From an uncultured archaeon (GTDB lineage Archaea; Asgardarchaeota; Lokiarchaeia; Sigyniarchaeales; SOKP01): 29,296 bases of DNA. The position numbers and the translations under genes were made by a program. Below are positions 8,661 to 18,058 of the stretch, piece after piece (within the stretch, counting starts at the first letter, position 1; every line of letters starts with the position of its first letter). The stretch covers positions 2,397-31,692 of the forward strand of contig CAYUTF010000031.1 of the NCBI GenBank assembly GCA_964447495.1. Direction: 5' to 3'. The notes under the pieces are model-generated. The model was given only the letters and a program-made list of their open reading frames with translations. It made no database searches and was not told the DNA's origin.

Positions 8661-11210
8661 CTAATCATTTATCTGAATCTCACGATGTTGCATCTCTAAA
8701 AGTCGCTTATATTTACCATCTAATTTGAGCAGTGATTCGTGAGTTCCTTGTTCTACTATCCCTTTTTTATCTGCGCTTAACACGATTATGTGGTCTGCAT
8801 TTTTAATGGTAGAAAGCCTATGTGCGATTATAATTGTTGTTCTACCCTTTCGAGCTTTATCTAAAGCATCTTGGATCAATGTTTCAGTATAAGGATCAAC
8901 AGAAGAAGTTGCTTCGTCGAGGATTAAGATCTTTGGATCCATGATTAACGCTCGAGCAAAAGCTATCAATTGACGCTGTCCAATTGAGATGTTAGAGGCA
9001 TTTTCTTTTAGTTTCGTATCGTACTTTTTGTGCAATGCTTCAATGAAATTATGTAAACCGAGAAATTTCGACACTTCAACCATTTTCTTTTCTATCTCTG
9101 GTGTAGGATTGTCGAACGCATAAAGTAAATTTTCTTTAATCGTCCCTGTAAAAAGAAATGCATCTTGTGGCACTAAACCAATCAGGTTCCGAAGATCTTT
9201 CTTACTGATCTCTCTGATGTTTACATTGTCTAGCGTAATCTCCCCATCATTTACGTCATAGAATCGAGAAATCAATTTAGTTATAGTCGTTTTGCCAGCG
9301 CCCGTTTCTCCAACAATAGCCATAGTCTTACCCGGAGGAATCTCTAAATCTATGTTCTTTAACACATAACCCTTAGATAGTTCATGCTGAATAATTGTCT
9401 TCTCTTCTTCAATTGCATCTCTAACTATTTTAGGAAGTTGTTCATAAATCTCTTTATTAATTTTTGTAGTTGCTAACATCCTAACCATTGATTGAGGGGA
9501 CATTCGTGGCATTCCTCCCCCCATTATTCCTCCCCCTTCGCCCATTTCACTTCCTGAAGATTGGATTGTAGCTTTACTTTTCAAATTTTTCTCTAGGAAA
9601 ATACTCATTTGCAAAATAGCTGCAGGAGGTAGAGTTGGAAATGCAGATACACTATCTCTTTCACTTTTAGTTGTAGCTTCTTTAAAGGAAGTTATAAATT
9701 CCGGATGATTATTAGCATTATCTGTGCCTGGTACAGCGTAACTAAATTCGGCTAAAATGGAATCAATTAGCTTAGGAGCTTCAGAAGGATTTTGCCTCAT
9801 AAGACTCATAAATAATTTCTGTCTAATATTTTGAGGCATGAGCATGACATTCTTCATCATAAAAGAAGAGTAAGGCTCGGGAAGTGACTTCATAAAATCC
9901 ATTGCTTGTTGCATCATTTGTTTCATCATTGGATTATCTGGCATACCTGGAGGGCCTGAAATTTCTATTGGTCGTGTAACTTTAGGCTCAATTTGAGTTA
10001 ATTCAGATTTTCCATTAATATCTACTCCATTTTTCAAAATATAACCAAAATTCACTGAATCAAATCTTATCTCACCAATAATATTTTCAAGCTGTTTTGG
10101 GTTCTCAATGTCGGGAATCTCTACTTTTTCCTCGAGTAACGTAAATATTCTATCGCTCGCTGCTAAAGCAGAAGCGATCATTTCCTGAATTTGCATCAAT
10201 GTCATAAAAGGTCTAAAGAATTGACCCAGAATACCAATATATGCACTTAGAACTCCTACTGTAACTGTAATACCAAAAACAGAAACATTTCCTAAGACAG
10301 TAAACCCTCCAGCTAATAGAATACCTGCGGTGAGTAGTGATGTAACAAGGTTAATTAGAGGAAAGATAGTTGCCATAAATCTCCTTATTTTCATCATTGC
10401 GTTATAATTAGCTGTATTTGCTTCGTCAAACTCAGTAGAAGCCTTCTTTTCTTGTCCATAAGCTTGAACAACCTTTGCTCCTGCAATATTTTCTTGGATT
10501 GAGGAGGTTACTTTACCAATTGTTTTTCTTGATTCCTTAAAAAGGCCCATTGCTACTTTTCTAAAGATAAATGTGAATAAAAAGAATACTGGAAAAATCA
10601 CTAAAGAAAGCAGAGCTAGATATGGATTGAGGAAAAACATTATGAAGATTGTAAGAATCAAACTAACAATACTCGTTATAATTGATACAAATTGGCCTCC
10701 GACTAATTGATTCAACTGAGTTACATCGTTGGTTGTTATAGACATTATATCCCCTGATGATCGTCTATCAAAATAACTTAAAGACATATTTTGTAATTTA
10801 TGGAAGAGGTCATTTCTAATTTCATAAGTTATATTTTGCGATATTTTTCCCATACCATACATCGCAAAATAGGTTGCTATCGCCATGAATACGAGTAAAG
10901 AGAAGTAGATGGTACTCATAAAAATAATATAAACAGTATCTTTTGCTATGATACCGTAGTCTACGATGTTTGCTGAAATAATAGGACTTACCGATGTTAC
11001 TAGTGTTCCGATTAGTAACAAGATTAGAAAGGATATGAATTTCCACTTATAACGACCCAAGTATGAAAAAAGCCATTTCCATAATTCACGCCGCGGGTGC
11101 TCTAATTTGGATTTTTCACTACCCATCATTGGGGGGCCGTGGTGCATGCCAACTCTTGGTTGAATAATTTCCTGTTCTTCTTTTTTATCCTCACGATTAT
11201 TGCTCATCAT
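8661..11210 (-). CDS. ABC exporter half-transporter (TMD-NBD), catalytically consensus subunit, with a ~220-aa insertion in the NBD
   Basis: TM domain, Walker A GETGAGKT, degenerate signature ISIGQ, Walker B ILDEA, H-loop AHR. Start moved from 11273 to ATG 11210, which follows GGAGGAG and overlaps the upstream stop by 14 nt. Confidence 0.92.
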   Translation of the reverse strand: MMSNNREDKKEEQEIIQPRVGMHHGPPMMGSEKSKLEHPRRELWKWLFSYLGRYKWKFISFLILLLIGTLVTSVSPIISANIVDYGIIAKDTVYIIFMSTIYFSLLVFMAIATYFAMYGMGKISQNITYEIRNDLFHKLQNMSLSYFDRRSSGDIMSITTNDVTQLNQLVGGQFVSIITSIVSLILTIFIMFFLNPYLALLSLVIFPVFFLFTFIFRKVAMGLFKESRKTIGKVTSSIQENIAGAKVVQAYGQEKKASTEFDEANTANYNAMMKIRRFMATIFPLINLVTSLLTAGILLAGGFTVLGNVSVFGITVTVGVLSAYIGILGQFFRPFMTLMQIQEMIASALAASDRIFTLLEEKVEIPDIENPKQLENIIGEIRFDSVNFGYILKNGVDINGKSELTQIEPKVTRPIEISGPPGMPDNPMMKQMMQQAMDFMKSLPEPYSSFMMKNVMLMPQNIRQKLFMSLMRQNPSEAPKLIDSILAEFSYAVPGTDNANNHPEFITSFKEATTKSERDSVSAFPTLPPAAILQMSIFLEKNLKSKATIQSSGSEMGEGGGIMGGGMPRMSPQSMVRMLATTKINKEIYEQLPKIVRDAIEEEKTIIQHELSKGYVLKNIDLEIPPGKTMAIVGETGAGKTTITKLISRFYDVNDGEITLDNVNIREISKKDLRNLIGLVPQDAFLFTGTIKENLLYAFDNPTPEIEKKMVEVSKFLGLHNFIEALHKKYDTKLKENASNISIGQRQLIAFARALIMDPKILILDEATSSVDPYTETLIQDALDKARKGRTTIIIAHRLSTIKNADHIIVLSADKKGIVEQGTHESLLKLDGKYKRLLEMQHREIQIND

Positions 11211-12942
11211 ATTCTCCTCCTTTCGATTTTTGTTTTTGATACAGAGTCTCAAATATTTGTTTGTATAACACATTCGATTCTATTAAATCTTCATGATTGC
11301 CTAATCCAACTACCCGACCTCTATCTAAGATTAGTATTATGTCTGCATTACGAATCGTTGATATACGCTGGGTTATAATTATAGTTGTCGTTTCTTGTAT
11401 GATTCTCATTAAAGCTTCTTGAATTTTAAATTCAGTTTCTACATCAACCGAACTAGTAGAATCATCAAAAATTAGGATTTTGGGTTTCACAATTAGAGCT
11501 CGGGCAATAGATAATCGTTGTTTCTGTCCTCCAGACAGTCTAGTTCCTCTTTCCCCGACTATTGAATCATAACCATCTGGTAGGTTTTCGATAAAATCGT
11601 GTAATTCTGCGATTTTAGCAGCCTCTACGATATCCTCATAAGTTGCATCTTCCTTGCCATAAGCTATATTTTCTGCAATACTTTTATTAAATAAGTAAGT
11701 TTCTTGGGAGACTAGCCCAATATTTCTTCGTAAATCTTTTAGTACATACTTTTCTATACCAATACCATCGATCTTGATAGTGCCCCCATTGATTTCGTAA
11801 AATCTTGGGATTAAGTTTATAATCGTTGATTTACCCGAACCTGTTGTTCCCAGTATTGCCAATTTCTTTCCTTCCGGAATTTTAAAGGATACATCCTTTA
11901 ATATTCTATGTTCGGATGTGTAACCAAACGAAACATTATCAAAAATAATTTCACCCTTAATTAGTTTTATTGGCACTGCGTCAGGAGCATCCTCAATTTC
12001 TGGTGCAGATTCAATAATCTCCCTCACGCGCGTAAGGGCAGCATCAGCTTGTACATAAATTAACATAATTTGTCCTAACATCACTAAGGGGAAGCCTAGA
12101 GACGCTACATATGATATCAGTGTAATAATCACACTCAACTCCATTTTACCCTCAATAAACCACATTCCACCAAGGAAAAAAGTAATAATTGTCATGAAAC
12201 CTATTACTACATATACAAGAGGCATGTACAAAGAGTTAAATTTAACGGATTTAACGCTAGCCTTGTAGAATCTTGTATTACTTTCTTGGAACTTATGCAG
12301 CTCTTTATCTTGTGTACTAAACATCCTAACAACCTCAGCCCCAACGATGTTTTCCCTTATTGTACTGGTTAAATCGCCAAAACTTTCGCGAGTTTCCAGA
12401 AAAATTGGTTTTAGTTTTTTTGCGATGAAATAAGATACAGTTAGAGACCCTCCAAATACAATTATTAATAATATCGATAGTTCGAAACTAAAAAGGAAAA
12501 AACCTACCAATACGCCTACCAATTGAAGAATAGATTGCAATCCCATAATTAATCCCATACCAAAAATCATTTGAGTTTCCTCAATATCGCTTGTAGCTCT
12601 TGAAATTAATTGACCCGTTTCTGTCTTATCAAAAAACGAAAAAGATTGACGATATATCGCATTACTAATATCTGTTCGTAAATAATAAATAGCTCTTGCC
12701 GATACTTCGGCACCTTTAAGCCTGCCAGCCCGGTTGGTAAAATATACCAAAAGTGCGAAAACTAACACGAGTAAGAAATTTATTAGTAATTCGTTAACAT
12801 TAACTAATGCTCCAATCATTCTTCCTATAAATATAGGAGTAAATGTGTAAAAAATCGTCGATAATATAAGAAATAACAATTGAAAAATGAAATCTTTTTT
12901 CGATTTTGCCCAATATTTAACTATCATTCGCATTGAATTCAT
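11197..12942 (-). CDS. ABC exporter half-transporter (TMD-NBD), degenerate subunit of a heterodimer
   Basis: Walker A GTTGSGKS, LSGGQ, Walker B IFDDS (catalytic E replaced by D), H-loop ITQR (H replaced by Q). This is the TM287/288-type asymmetry. Confidence 0.93.
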   Translation of the reverse strand: MNSMRMIVKYWAKSKKDFIFQLLFLILSTIFYTFTPIFIGRMIGALVNVNELLINFLLVLVFALLVYFTNRAGRLKGAEVSARAIYYLRTDISNAIYRQSFSFFDKTETGQLISRATSDIEETQMIFGMGLIMGLQSILQLVGVLVGFFLFSFELSILLIIVFGGSLTVSYFIAKKLKPIFLETRESFGDLTSTIRENIVGAEVVRMFSTQDKELHKFQESNTRFYKASVKSVKFNSLYMPLVYVVIGFMTIITFFLGGMWFIEGKMELSVIITLISYVASLGFPLVMLGQIMLIYVQADAALTRVREIIESAPEIEDAPDAVPIKLIKGEIIFDNVSFGYTSEHRILKDVSFKIPEGKKLAILGTTGSGKSTIINLIPRFYEINGGTIKIDGIGIEKYVLKDLRRNIGLVSQETYLFNKSIAENIAYGKEDATYEDIVEAAKIAELHDFIENLPDGYDSIVGERGTRLSGGQKQRLSIARALIVKPKILIFDDSTSSVDVETEFKIQEALMRIIQETTTIIITQRISTIRNADIILILDRGRVVGLGNHEDLIESNVLYKQIFETLYQKQKSKGGEYDEQ

Positions 12943-12949
12943 TAATATT

Positions 12950-13489
12950 CTACACCTCTGATTTCATAGTATTTAATTTTTGTAACTTTACTTTTTCTTT
13001 TCTTATTTTTCGCAATATTTCATTCACATCGTTTTCCATATAGGTTAGAACATTCAATTTTTCTTCATTGGGAATATTTTTTTGCATTATGTACTCGACT
13101 GGACTAGACCACACACTAAAAGTCGCTTCTTTTAGAAATTCCTCGTGATCAAATTCTATACCACTTTCCGGAAATCTATGCTTAATAAACTCAAAAATCT
13201 TACTAATATTTTGGCGTAGTTCTGATAGTTTACTTTCTCCTTTATCAGTTAGAAAATACAGGTGCTTAGGTCGTCCCGTATCCTTGCTTACATCGTCTTT
13301 TACTGATAAAAAACCTTCTTCTGCTAATTCCTTCATCATTCGATAAATCTTCGAATGTGGTATGTTTCCAAACTTTTTCAAATCGTAGTAAGTTAAACCA
13401 TCTTTAAAATCTTTCACTGTATTGAATATGAAAAGCGTTTTTAAGTTCTCTGAGAATTCTATGAAAAATTTAAATCCTTTTGGCCACAT
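12950..13489 (-). CDS. PadR-like winged-helix transcriptional regulator
   Basis: KIYRMMKELAEEGFL...GRPKHLYFLTDKG wHTH pattern. ATG at 13489 (MWPKG) preferred over TTG 13549; 7 nt upstream of the ABC pair. Confidence 0.85.
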   Translation of the reverse strand: MWPKGFKFFIEFSENLKTLFIFNTVKDFKDGLTYYDLKKFGNIPHSKIYRMMKELAEEGFLSVKDDVSKDTGRPKHLYFLTDKGESKLSELRQNISKIFEFIKHRFPESGIEFDHEEFLKEATFSVWSSPVEYIMQKNIPNEEKLNVLTYMENDVNEILRKIRKEKVKLQKLNTMKSEV

Positions 13490-13521
13490 TTTTGTTAAAA
13501 GATAATAAATAAGAAAGTTTT

Positions 13522-13609
13522 TTTCAAAATGAAATATTATGAAAAGCAAAATAGTTAGTAATTTATAATTTTTTTCATTTTGAAATATTAAGATTTTTTA
13601 AAAAATCTT
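13522..13609. promoter_or_regulatory. Candidate operator palindromes in the divergent padR/DUF362 promoter region
   Basis: TTTCA-AAA-TGAAA (13522-13534) and TTTCA-TTT-TGAAA (13573-13585), both followed by TATTA and 51 bp apart; perfect 20-bp palindrome AAGATTTTTTAAAAAATCTT (13590-13609). Confidence 0.5.
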
Positions 13610-13660
13610 TTTATAATCAATCATGATTATTAATATTAAGACTAGTTTTAAAAGATTGAA

Positions 13661-14995
13661 ATGACAGAAGTTTTTATATCTGATACGAAAAATGGTGTTG
13701 ATAAGGCTGTAAGCGAGATATTTTCAAATTTATTAAAATCAGGACCAATTTTAAAAAGTTCAAAAGAAGTGTATATAAAGATTAATGGAATAGATTCTAA
13801 AAAGCACACTCATACATCTCCCGTAGTTCTTAGAGCAGTTATTGAATATGTTAAGAGGAAAGGAGCAAAAGTGTATGTAATGGAAAATTCAACGCAAGGA
13901 AATATGACAAGAATAGTGTTTGGAGCAACCCAATATAAAAACATATGTAAGGAAACTGGAGCAAAACCTGTGTATTTGGATGAGGAAAAATCAAAGATCT
14001 ATACATTTAAAGGAAAACCCTCCATTCAAGAAGATGAGAAAGGATACATTTTGAAAACATTTAAACTACCAAAGACTATTGTTAAAATTATAAATAACCG
14101 CGATACGATTACATATATTAACTTACCTAAACTTAAAACACACTCGATGGCTGTTGTAACACTTGGAATTAAAAACCAATGGGGTTTTCCTCAACATGAT
14201 GATCGAAATAAAGATCATAATTATAACTTACATTCGAAATTTATTGATGTATTTGAGTTAATTAGACCAGATATTACAATAATTGATGGCATCGAAGGTA
14301 CAATCCATGGCCACTTCCCTCCAACAATTTTAGAGGATCAATTAGTGGTGAATTTCAATGTTTTAATTGGTGGAAGAGATACGTTAGCAGTTGATGTCGT
14401 TGGTTCAAGATTATTTGGTTTAGAGTTAAATGAAGTCCCCCATTTAAAGATTGCATATGAAAGAGGTTTAGGAGAGGGTGATTTGAATAATATCCAAATT
14501 CATGGAAAAGATATTTCACAATACAAACAGAAATATGACTGGGATTTAATAGATAAATTTCCTGAAGATGTTAAAATAGTAAAGGGAAAAGAACTTCTAT
14601 GCCGGGAAGGATGTAAGAATAATCCGTTAACAACGCTTCAAGTGTTTTTTCTTGATTATCATGAAAAATTTAGAGGCGGTTTTTTCATAATTATGGGAAA
14701 AGGTTTTGATGATGATATTGTTGAGCAACTAATAGAAGAAGGATATACTAAAGGACTAGTTGCGGGATTCTGTGCTATTGAAGAGGTTGGAAATAAGATT
14801 AGACAAGCTTTTGGAAAGAAAAATGTCTATTTCTCCCATAATTGTAATAATTTAGCAGAAACAATAACCGCCATCTCAAAGTTATCAAAAGTGCCAATTC
14901 TAGATTTAGTACCCATTTCTGCTTTTAAAACACTAAAATTAATCATTAGTGCTAAAATTCATGGATCAAAAGCACTCATTCCTAAAATATTATAA
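13661..14995 (+). CDS. DUF362 domain protein (putative Fe-S protein)
   Basis: NLPKLKTH..VTLGIKN.WG and IIDGIEG motifs typical of DUF362; C-terminal CREGC, GFC and HNC. Confidence 0.85.
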   Translation: MTEVFISDTKNGVDKAVSEIFSNLLKSGPILKSSKEVYIKINGIDSKKHTHTSPVVLRAVIEYVKRKGAKVYVMENSTQGNMTRIVFGATQYKNICKETGAKPVYLDEEKSKIYTFKGKPSIQEDEKGYILKTFKLPKTIVKIINNRDTITYINLPKLKTHSMAVVTLGIKNQWGFPQHDDRNKDHNYNLHSKFIDVFELIRPDITIIDGIEGTIHGHFPPTILEDQLVVNFNVLIGGRDTLAVDVVGSRLFGLELNEVPHLKIAYERGLGEGDLNNIQIHGKDISQYKQKYDWDLIDKFPEDVKIVKGKELLCREGCKNNPLTTLQVFFLDYHEKFRGGFFIIMGKGFDDDIVEQLIEEGYTKGLVAGFCAIEEVGNKIRQAFGKKNVYFSHNCNNLAETITAISKLSKVPILDLVPISAFKTLKLIISAKIHGSKALIPKIL

Positions 14996-15059
14996 TTCTT
15001 TCTTTTTTGTCTAAAAAAAATATAAGTCTTATTAATAGAATGATTCAATTAAATAATTA

Positions 15060-15803
15060 ATGATTCATGAATCAAAATACTTAGAAATACAACACTTTTT
15101 GTCAATCCCAGATGAAAAATTTAAATTAAACCATAAGATTGATTCATATTTTGATTCAGAGGATATGAAAATTGAGATTCTTAGTAAGATTCTTCTTTTT
15201 ATTCATAAATTCTCAATGTTTAAAGATGTAGCACCCTTTATGGAATCAGTTTATCAATGCATCGAAAAAACAATTGAAATTAAAATAGACACACTAAATG
15301 ATTTTAATGAATTATTAATAAAAAATTCATTGATGCAATTTATCCAAAATTATATTGATTATGCCCAATTATCTCAAAAGAGACAAATAGTACGGTTATT
15401 ATCTGATTCTTTAGATAAATTGCAAGTTCAGCCATTAATTATTAATTTAGGGCTATTACTTAAGCCAATGTATCAAGATATCAATTATCTTGAAAATTTG
15501 AAGAAACTTAAAGAAATTGAAATCCAATATACCCTTAATAATGAGATTGAAAAAACCATTAAAACCGACATAGATAATTGGCTCCGAATTAATTTAATTA
15601 CTCTTGAAAATCAAAATCAGTTTAAAGATGAATTATTAGAATATTATGATTTTTTAATAGAAAAATATGAAATTTCAACAGAATCTGAAAGATATCTAAA
15701 GTTAAAAACAGAAGTAATGGAGATGTATTCTATGAAATTAACTATGTTAAGTTTAATGGAAACCTTTATTGATGAATCTATTGAACCTCTTCCTATTAAA
15801 TAG
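15060..15803 (+). CDS. Hypothetical alpha-helical protein
   Basis: 247-aa ORF in a very AT-rich context, in line with its neighbours; no motif recognised. Confidence 0.75.
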   Translation: MIHESKYLEIQHFLSIPDEKFKLNHKIDSYFDSEDMKIEILSKILLFIHKFSMFKDVAPFMESVYQCIEKTIEIKIDTLNDFNELLIKNSLMQFIQNYIDYAQLSQKRQIVRLLSDSLDKLQVQPLIINLGLLLKPMYQDINYLENLKKLKEIEIQYTLNNEIEKTIKTDIDNWLRINLITLENQNQFKDELLEYYDFLIEKYEISTESERYLKLKTEVMEMYSMKLTMLSLMETFIDESIEPLPIK

Positions 15804-15825
15804 TGTTAAAAAAAAAAACACTATT
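15799..15825. terminator. Hairpin at the gene end (possible terminator or binding site)
   Basis: AATAGTGTT-A9-AACACTATT, a 9-bp stem overlapping the stop codon. Confidence 0.3.
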
Positions 15826-15900
15826 AATTCTTGCATAAATAAATTATTAAATACAAATTTTGATATTATATTTAAAAATAAATCATTATAATTTCCATAA

Positions 15901-17271
15901 GTGAGGAAATTGGAAGAAAACGAAAAGCAATTAACGCCAGAAGAGATTGAGAAACAGAAGAAAATCGTTAATGAACTATATCAAAAAGAAAAAGCACATA
16001 GAGCAGAATATTTAAAAAAATATGAAGAGGATAGAAAGAAAGCATTTGAGGATAGCAAAAATTTAATCTCTGACCTAATTACTGAGAAGAGTTTTTTAAG
16101 AGAGAAACTGAGAGAGAAAGATTTGGAAAGAATGGCTATAAAACCTGAAATTGAAGAAACTAGCGCTGTAATTGAAAAATCTATTGAATATAAAGCATTC
16201 ATAAGAGAAAAACGACGTGAAGATGATTTACAAAGAATAGATTTAAAACCTGAGATTAGAAAAACAGGAGAAGTGATCAGTAAATCTATAGATGAGAAAG
16301 CATTTATGATAGATAAGAGGCGGGAGAGTGATATGCAAAGATTAAATGTGAAGCCCGATAGAGAACAAATAAGTGAAGCTATCAGTAAAACTATTGATGA
16401 TAAAGCCTTTCTAATTGAAAAAAAAAAAGAAAAAAAATCTCAACTTTTAGAAATCAAACCTGATATTAAAAAGACGGGGGAAGCTATTGAGAAATCCATC
16501 GGAGAAAAAGCTTTTATGCAAGAAAAGTTGAGAGAACGAGAGCAACATCGTATGAGCCTTCAATCTGATTTCATGTCCACGGGAGAGGCTATAAGTAAAA
16601 CTGTTGCAGAGAAAGCATTTAGAATTGATAAACAACGCGAAGCTGATCTTAAACGGAGTGGATTTAAACTTGATATTGAAAAAACAGGAGAGGCTATTGA
16701 AAAAAGCATCGGAGAAAAGGCATTTAGAATAGATAAACAACGTGAAATAGATCTTAAAAGGAGAGAGATCAACTTAGATTTAGAAAAAGCTGGAGAGGCT
16801 ATAGAAAAATCCATCGGAGAAAAAGCTTTTATGCAAGAAAAGTTGAGAGAACGAGAGCAACATCGTATGAGCCTTCAATCTGATTTCATGTCCACGGGAG
16901 AGGCTATAAGTAAAACTGTTGCAGAGAAAGCATTTAGAATAGATAAAAAGAGGGAAAGTGAAATCAAAAGAAGAGAATTAAAGCCTGATTTTCAAACAGC
17001 CGGAGAAGCAATTAAAAAATCGATAAGTGAAAAAGCATTTATGCAAGAGAAAAGAAAGGAATCAGAACTTTCAAAATTGAATATCAAACCTGATCTTGAA
17101 ACAGCCGGAGAAGCTATTGAAAAATCGATAAGTGAAAAAGCATTCATGCAAGAAAAATTGAAAGAAAGAGATTCTCATAGAATGGGCTTAAAGCCAGATA
17201 TCAGAGGCATCGGTGAAAAAATAGAAAAAGAGATAGAAAAACGTGAAGCTAAGAAAAATGACACTGATTGA
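15901..17271 (+). CDS. Highly charged 35-aa tandem-repeat protein
   Basis: 11 full repeats plus a partial twelfth, consensus about (K/T)(T/A)GEAI(E/S)KSI(G/S)EKAFx3KxRExxxxRxxhKPDhx. Confidence 0.88.
   Translation: MRKLEENEKQLTPEEIEKQKKIVNELYQKEKAHRAEYLKKYEEDRKKAFEDSKNLISDLITEKSFLREKLREKDLERMAIKPEIEETSAVIEKSIEYKAFIREKRREDDLQRIDLKPEIRKTGEVISKSIDEKAFMIDKRRESDMQRLNVKPDREQISEAISKTIDDKAFLIEKKKEKKSQLLEIKPDIKKTGEAIEKSIGEKAFMQEKLREREQHRMSLQSDFMSTGEAISKTVAEKAFRIDKQREADLKRSGFKLDIEKTGEAIEKSIGEKAFRIDKQREIDLKRREINLDLEKAGEAIEKSIGEKAFMQEKLREREQHRMSLQSDFMSTGEAISKTVAEKAFRIDKKRESEIKRRELKPDFQTAGEAIKKSISEKAFMQEKRKESELSKLNIKPDLETAGEAIEKSISEKAFMQEKLKERDSHRMGLKPDIRGIGEKIEKEIEKREAKKNDTD
16492..16940 (+). repeat. 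Perfect 134-bp direct repeat inside the repeat gene (16492-16625 and 16807-16940)
   Basis: Identical copies offset by 315 nt, equal to 3 x 35 codons. Confidence 0.92.
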
Positions 17272-17272
17272 A

Positions 17273-17776
17273 TTAAAAACGTATATCAAATCTATATAAA
17301 GTATTTAAATTAATGTTTTCTAATCTCTTTTTATACATTTTTATCTGAGGATCAATAATTCCGTTAAATTGGTTAATACTATTTTCAAACCGTTTATAAA
17401 AATCGTTTACAATTTCGTTCAGTATGCCACGTTCTATTTGAAGATTTGTTTTTTTTGTAATAGCTATGACTAATAACCTTTCTCTCCTAGCATATAGCAA
17501 TCTGGTTTCTTGAAAATTGATTTCTTGTATCTCATCATTTATTGATGGAGATTTGATTTCTTTAATAAATAAATTTAATGCATTTAAAAAACCGCTTATG
17601 AGATCCTCATTTGAAGAAAATTCAGAATTATCAGTATATTTTTTGCTTAATAAGAGTGCCCCCGTTAAATTGTCTAAAAAATATATTGCATGAAATCGGG
17701 ATTCATGGATATTGATTTTTTCAATTGGAAACCCAAACGTCTTATTAGAATTTTGATTATTTCTCCTGAACGACAT
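17273..17776 (-). CDS. Stand-alone longin-like domain protein
   Basis: beta-beta-alpha-beta-beta-beta-alpha pattern: HAIYFLD..TGALLLSKKY...DLISGFLNALNLFIKEI...IQEINFQETRLLY..LLVIAIT...ILNEIVNDFYKRF, typical of Asgard longin-fold proteins. Confidence 0.72.
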   Translation of the reverse strand: MSFRRNNQNSNKTFGFPIEKINIHESRFHAIYFLDNLTGALLLSKKYTDNSEFSSNEDLISGFLNALNLFIKEIKSPSINDEIQEINFQETRLLYARRERLLVIAITKKTNLQIERGILNEIVNDFYKRFENSINQFNGIIDPQIKMYKKRLENINLNTLYRFDIRF

Positions 17777-18058
17777 AATTTTGATTTAGGATATGTTTCT
17801 ATAATTTATTCTATTACTTTTTTACTCTCAATAAAGGATTATTTATTTTTTATTTAAAATGTAAATGTTATCTTTATGTTATTTAGAGTATACATCCTCC
17901 CAGTCCGATTGCATTCAGAAACTCTTTTACTTTTTGATAAATAAATAAGACTATTATTATATGAAAAGAAAATATAAAGAAAAATAAAAAAGATATAAAT
18001 AAATTAAAATTCTTATTAGAAATATTATCTTTTTACTTACTTGCAATATTTGATAGAT

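Noticed and set aside
9372-10040. Intein in the ABC NBD
   Set aside because: No N-terminal Cys/Ser block, no C-terminal His-Asn followed by Cys/Ser/Thr, and no LAGLIDADG motif.
10822-16814. ORFs 10822-11046, 11139-11378, 15981-16202, 16447-16740 and 16560-16814
   Set aside because: Nested in or antisense to well-supported genes; those in the repeat gene reflect its codon bias.
15901-17271. CRISPR array, or PPR/TPR protein
   Set aside because: The repeats are in-frame coding units with synonymous divergence and no spacers; the residue pattern does not fit the PPR or TPR consensus.
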